This document shows positions 58,821-64,000 of a stretch of DNA of 64,000 nt, piece by piece. The notes beneath the pieces are model-generated. The model was not told the DNA's origin. It saw nothing but the letters and a program-made list of their open reading frames with translations, and ran no database searches. A program made the translations under genes and the position numbers. Location of the stretch: contig JASTWF010000328.1 of the NCBI GenBank assembly GCA_030390025.1, positions 124,001-188,000 of the forward strand, in the 5' to 3' direction. Positions within the stretch are counted from its first letter, which is position 1; each line of letters begins with the position of its first letter. The DNA comes from Squalus acanthias (taxonomy: Eukaryota).

Positions 58821-59119
58821 TGAATCCCTTGAACATTTATTGATATCCCATTGTCTTGTGGGCTCTTGTTTAGAAAGTGATGTCACACTGACCATTCCGT
58901 TCCCAAGGTGAGCCTGTCTGTCCGCAGTATTCAGTGGGAAAGGGGATTAAATCACACCGAGGATAATGAGCAGCCACCCAGCAGCCTTTGCACTTTATTG
59001 TCCAGTGATCACCTCACCATCACACAGAAGCTCCTGATATAAACCTCCAGTGGGTGATGATTGGTGCAAGTGATGGTAAAAATCAAACTGGACCTGGACC
59101 TGACATCCCTCTCCACAGT

Positions 59120-59795
59120 CCCAGGACAGGTACAGCACAGGTTAGATACAGAGTAAAGCTCCCTCTGCACAGGACCATCAAACACTCCCAGGGCAGGTAC
59201 AGCACGGGTTAGATACAGAGTAAAGCTCCCTCTACACTGTCCCATCAAACACTCCCAGGGCAGGTACAGCACGGGTTAGATACAGAGTAAAGCTCCCTCT
59301 ACACTGTCCCCATCAAACACTCCCAGGGCAGGTACAGCACGGGTTAGATACAGAGTAAAGCTCCCTCTACACTGTCCCATCAAACACTCCCAGGGCAGGT
59401 ACAGCATAGGTTAGATACAGAGTAAAGCTCGCTCTACACTGTTCCCATCAAACACTCCCAGGGCAGGTACAGCACGGGTTAGATACAGAGTAAAGCTCCC
59501 TCTACACTGTCCCATCAAACACTGCCAGGACAGGTACAGCACGGGTTAGATACAGAGTAAAGCTCCCTCTACACTGTCCCCATGAAACACTCCCAGGGCA
59601 GGTACAGCACGGGTTAGATACCAAGTAAAGCTCCCTCTACACTGTCCCATCAAACACTCCCAGGGCAGGTACAGCACGGGTTAGATACCGAGTAAAGCTC
59701 CCTCTACACTGTCCCACCAAACACTCCCAGGGCAGGTACAGCACAGGTTAGATACAAAGTAAAGCTCCCTCTACACATGCCCATCAAACACTGCC
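59120..59795. repeat. 67/68-bp satellite, about 10 copies
   Basis: Unit GGGCAGGTACAGCACGGGTTAGATACAGAGTAAAGCTCCCTCTACACTGTCCCATCAAACACTCCCA. Confidence 0.95.
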
Positions 59796-60339
59796 AGCCC
59801 ATAATGAGCAGGGCTCAGGGAGGTTGGTTGCTAGGCACTGCAGTGATGTCATAAAGCAGGGCCATTCAGCCCAGCTGGTCGTCTCCTTGTCCCTTTAAAG
59901 GTGGAGAGCCGGGACACCCTGTCTCCAAACACATCCCACCTGTTCATACTGAGAATCCCCGGGGAAGGTCCAAGGCCCAGAGTGTGGAACACAACCAAGG
60001 GGGAAAAGAGGAGGAGAGAAGGGGAGGAGTAGGGACTGAGGGACACCAAGCTTCAGTTTTAGAGCCTGTAGACTTCAGGAGGGAAGACTGAGTTCAGTAG
60101 TTTTAGGATCCAGGGAGAGAACAAGGAGCAGATGGGGAGACTGGTGTGGATTCCAACACAGTGAGGATGTAGGGGGAGGGAGATTGTGTCGGGCCGTGTA
60201 TTAGGGGTGTAGGAGGGACAAGAGAGGAAAGGTCAGAGGAGCAATTACTGCAGCAGTGTCCATGAATAGTGAGAGAGAGAGAAGGTGGGGGTTAGAGTGG
60301 ACCATGGGCAGTCTGTTAAACTGTCTGTTTGCTGTGACT

Positions 60340-60955
60340 ACACAGGATTACACAGGATATACGGCACAGAAACAGGCCATTCGGCCCAACCAGTCCATGC
60401 CGGCGTTTATGCTCCACTCGAGCCTCCTCCCGTCTTTCCCCATCTAACTATCAGCATAACCCTCTATTCCCTTCCCCCTCATAAGCTTGTCTAGCCTCCC
60501 CTTAAATGCATCTATACTATTCGCTTCAACCACTCCCTGTGGTAGCGAGTTCCACATTCTCCCCACTCTCTGGGTAAAGAAGTTTCTCCTGAATTCCCTA
60601 TTGGATTTCTTGGTGACTATCTTATATTGAAGGCCTCTAGTTATGCTCTTCCCCACAAGTGGAAACATTCTCTCTGTATCTACTCTATCAAAACCTTTCA
60701 TAATTTTAAAGACCTCTATTAGGTCACCCCTCAGCCTTCTTTTTTCAAGAGAAAAGAGACCCAGCCTGTCCATCCTTTCCTGACAGGTACACCCTCTCAT
60801 TTCTGGTATCATCCTTGTAAATCTTCTCTGCACCCTCTCCAGTGCCTCTATATCCTTTTTATAATATGGCAACCAGAATTGTACACAGTGCTCCAAGTGT
60901 GGTCTAACCAAGGTTCGATACAAGTTTAGCAGAACTTCACTACTTTTCCATTCTA
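60340..60955 (-). mobile_element. CR1 3' fragment
   Basis: YRTLVRPHLEHCVQFW...RRNFFTQRV. Confidence 0.9.
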
Positions 60956-62249
60956 TAACAATTCAATTCTATAACAATCGATCCCAATAATTGAACCCAA
61001 CAGGTTAAAGTCTTAAGTCCAATTTTGTCAGCACGCTGCAACATTCGATGTCTGCAGATAACGGGAGATAAATTCTTAAAACTGCTGGATCTCTTGCTCT
61101 GCCATCAACCTCTTGTCAAACTGGAGCTGGCATTGCCTAATATGGTCGTCTCTGGCTACTGCACAGTCCAGAGACACAAGTCTGCATTTTCTTCAACACA
61201 CATCAACAACGTCAGAAGCAGGTAAAAACACTGTGGCCTTCCTGGGGCAGCACAAACCACTAGTCTCCAGACTTTTCTTATCCCAACATCATATTTCTGA
61301 TCAAAACATTCTATGATGAAAATATCCAAGGCCAGTTGGTTGCAAACACCAGCTGTTGCTCAGTGAAATCTCTCTCTCTCTCTAATGATACCAACCACAT
61401 TTTCCCCGATATCGAATGAACTAAACATGAACACCTTTCAGAAGCTGAATTAACCGAGGTCCATATGCCAACACCCCTCTCATCTTCCATTCACTTCAAT
61501 TGAAAGGAAACCGACAGATTGGACCAGTCAGGATTTGAAAGATATTTACAACAGATTCTAGATGTTCTTAGAGTTGGGATCTTTCTCTATTCTGTGCACT
61601 CGAGGAGTTAGATGACAGACTTTCTCCTGTGAATATAGAGCTGGGGTATTGGGCCGTGATGTGTTCATCTTGTTGACTCTAAACCTTTGCCAATTATTTA
61701 ATCTGATCTGTTTACTTGTACGTATTTTTTTAAATACACTTGCTGAGTGGATTCAAATTGAAATTGAAAGCAGGTTTGCAGGCGTGATGCTGTATTCACA
61801 CATCGAAGGTGAGAGAGATGCTGTGGGACACACGCTAAGTCCAGTAGCTGAAAGTGATTAACAGACTGGGTTTTGTGTTTAGTGATCCGGGCGTGTTACC
61901 GAGACCTTCCCTGGATACCAAGGCTAGGAGAGGCACTCTGGAAGGGATGGGGAGCTGGGACTTGTCCATGAGAGTAACCAAAGGTACGAGAACTGAAATA
62001 ATCTCGAGTTAGAAAGGAGAAAAGGCCCAAAAATGGAGCAGTCGGTAACAGGACATCAATTCGTCTCCTCTTAACTTGGAGACATCAAATATCGACACAC
62101 TGTTATTTCAAATATCAAAATATTAAACTCCAGCCCAGTTATAGGGGTTATTAACATCAGCAGGAAGAAACTCCACCTGTCAGAATGAAGACGATTCAGT
62201 CTGGGATGTAATTAACAGCAGCAATAACAGCAGAATCCAACCCCTGCAG

Positions 62250-62925
62250 TCACTTGTGAACTCGTTGAAGTCTCAGCAGGTTGGATGACTGAGTGAATCC
62301 CTTCCCACACTCAGGAGCAGGTGAACGGTCTCTTCCCAGTGTGAACTCGCTGGTGTCTCAGCAGGGTGGATGATCGAGTGAATCCCTTCCCACACTCAGA
62401 CCAGGTGAACGGCCTCTCCCCGGTGTGAACTCGCTGGTGTGTCAGCAGGTGGGATGACTCAGTAAATCCCTTCCCACACACAGAGCAGGTGAACGATCTC
62501 TCCCCAGTGTGAACTCGCTGGTGTATCAGCAGGCTGGATGATGAAGGGAATCCCTTCCCACACAAGGAGCAGGTGAACGGTCTCTCCCCGGTGTGAACTC
62601 GCTGGTGTTTCAGCAGCCTGGACGATGAAGGGAATTCCTTCCCACACAGGGAGCAGGTGAACTCCCTCTCCCCAGTGTGAACTCGCTGGTGTATCAGCAA
62701 GTCAGATGATCGAGTGAATCCCTTCCCACACTGAGAGCAGGTGAATGGCCTCTCCCCAGTGTGAACTTGCTGGTGTATCAGCAGGTCGGATGACTGAGTG
62801 AATCCCTTCCCACACATGGAGCAGGTGAACGGCCTCTCCCCAGTGTGAGTGGGATGATGAATTTCCAGCTCAGATGAGTAATTGAATCCCTTCCCACAGT
62901 CCCCACATTTCCCCGGATTCTCCGT
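62250..62925 (-). CDS. C2H2 ZNF locus K (class I), about eight finger units from a candidate ACG; 1-nt insertion in the last finger (exon extends to 63287)
   Basis: TGAs at 63121-63123 and 62962-62964; ACG at 62925; open to 62311 where a frameshift creates TGA; ancestral stop at 62250-62252. Confidence 0.62.
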
Positions 62926-63489
62926 GGTGCGGGTGTCATTGTATCTTTCCAGGTTGGACGATCAGTTGAAGCCTTGTCCAGACACAGAACACGTGTACGG
63001 TTTCTCCCTGCTGTGAATGGTGCGATGTTTTTTCAGGCTGTGTAACTGGTTAAAGCTCTTTCCACAGTCAGTGCACTGGAACACTCTCACACGGGTGTGT
63101 GTGTCTCGGTGCTTTTCCAGTCATACTGTTCTTTGAAATCTTTTCCCACAGACAGAACAGACAAACATTTCTCCTTCCACATTCAAAGGCCGATGATATT
63201 CAGGTCCTGAGTAAACGAGTGACTGTCAGATTTTGACATGATGTTTGGTTTGAGTTTCCCATCTGCAAATCCTCCCGTTCTAATACCCTGTAAAAGGAGT
63301 TTACAAAATTCATCACTGTAAGTACAGGACAGAAATTCAGAACAGACAATTTTAGTTTCTATCGAACATTCTTTCCTCTCTTCTTCCTCCAAAGCTGTAA
63401 ATCCCCGTCCCACATATTGTCCCTCCTCCCTGTGCTAAAATCCAAAGACGTCTCAAGATAGTTTGTCCTCCGCTCCCAGTTTTCAGTAT

Positions 63490-63978
63490 GATCAGTTCTA
63501 CACTCACTGGTTCTCCTCCCCCGAAGGTGCTGACTCTGGCTGGGTTCAGTTCACTCACTGGTTCCCCTCCCTCTCCTCCCCTGAAGGTGCTGACTCTGGC
63601 TGGGTTCAGTTCACTCACTGGTTCCCCTCCCTCTCCTCCCCTGAAGGTGCTGACTCTGGCTGGGTGCAGTTCACTCACTGGTTCCCCTCCCTCTCCTCCC
63701 CTGAAGGTGCTGACTCTGGCTGGGTTCAGTTCTACACTCACTGTTCCCCTCCCTCTCCTCCCCTGATGGTGCTGACACTGGCTGGGTTCAGTTCTACACT
63801 CACTGGTTCCCCTCCCTCTCCTCCCCTGAAGGTGCTGACACTGGCTGGGTTCAGTTCTACACTCACTGGTTCCTCTCCCTCTCCTCCCCTGAAGGTGCTG
63901 ATTCTGGCTGGGTTCAGTTCTACACTCACTGGTTCCCCTCCCTCTGCTCCCCTGAAGGTGCTGACTCTGGCTGGGTCA
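63490..63978 (-). repeat. 63/60-bp minisatellite, about 8 copies, upstream of locus K
   Basis: Same unit as 23075-23860 and 54132-54970. Confidence 0.95.
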
Positions 63979-64000
63979 CTACCACACTTAAGGGGACCCT

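Noticed and set aside
60960..61600. Possible decayed protein-coding remnant (also 1620-2150 and 6050-6600)
   Set aside because: No recognisable motif in the frames I translated by eye; needs tBLASTx/HMM search

Overview
Eukaryotic (vertebrate) genomic DNA, most likely from a cartilaginous fish; this is inferred from the Deu-domain tRNA-SINEs, CR1/L2/Penelope families and a 67-bp satellite I associate with sharks. The window is a dense cluster of about 12 KRAB-less tandem C2H2 zinc-finger (ZNF) loci on both strands. Each is built on a shared chassis: an NRF1/YY1/CCAAT CpG-island promoter, an intron sometimes carrying a 63-bp minisatellite, a conserved splice acceptor, one finger-array exon and a conserved 3' UTR. 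The loci are interleaved with CR1, L2, Tx1-like and Penelope-like retroelements, SINEs and local direct or inverted duplications. One locus (16877-17914, 12 fingers) is a long conventional intact ORF; a second (21343-21681) has a short ATG-initiated 4-finger ORF. The main oddity is that eight paralogs share an invariant in-frame TGA, followed exactly 198 nt later by a codon in strong Kozak context that is ACG in six copies, ATG in one and ACA in one. Downstream finger arrays are diversified and often intact, which suggests non-AUG initiation, reinitiation or readthrough rather than simple pseudogenisation (inference). Other highlights are five Penelope-type minimal hammerhead ribozyme motifs, a retroelement family inserted repeatedly into ZNF promoters with TSDs and empty-site paralogs, and a near-full-length CR1 inserted exactly at a ZNF stop codon. 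Repeat boundaries were read by eye and are approximate.
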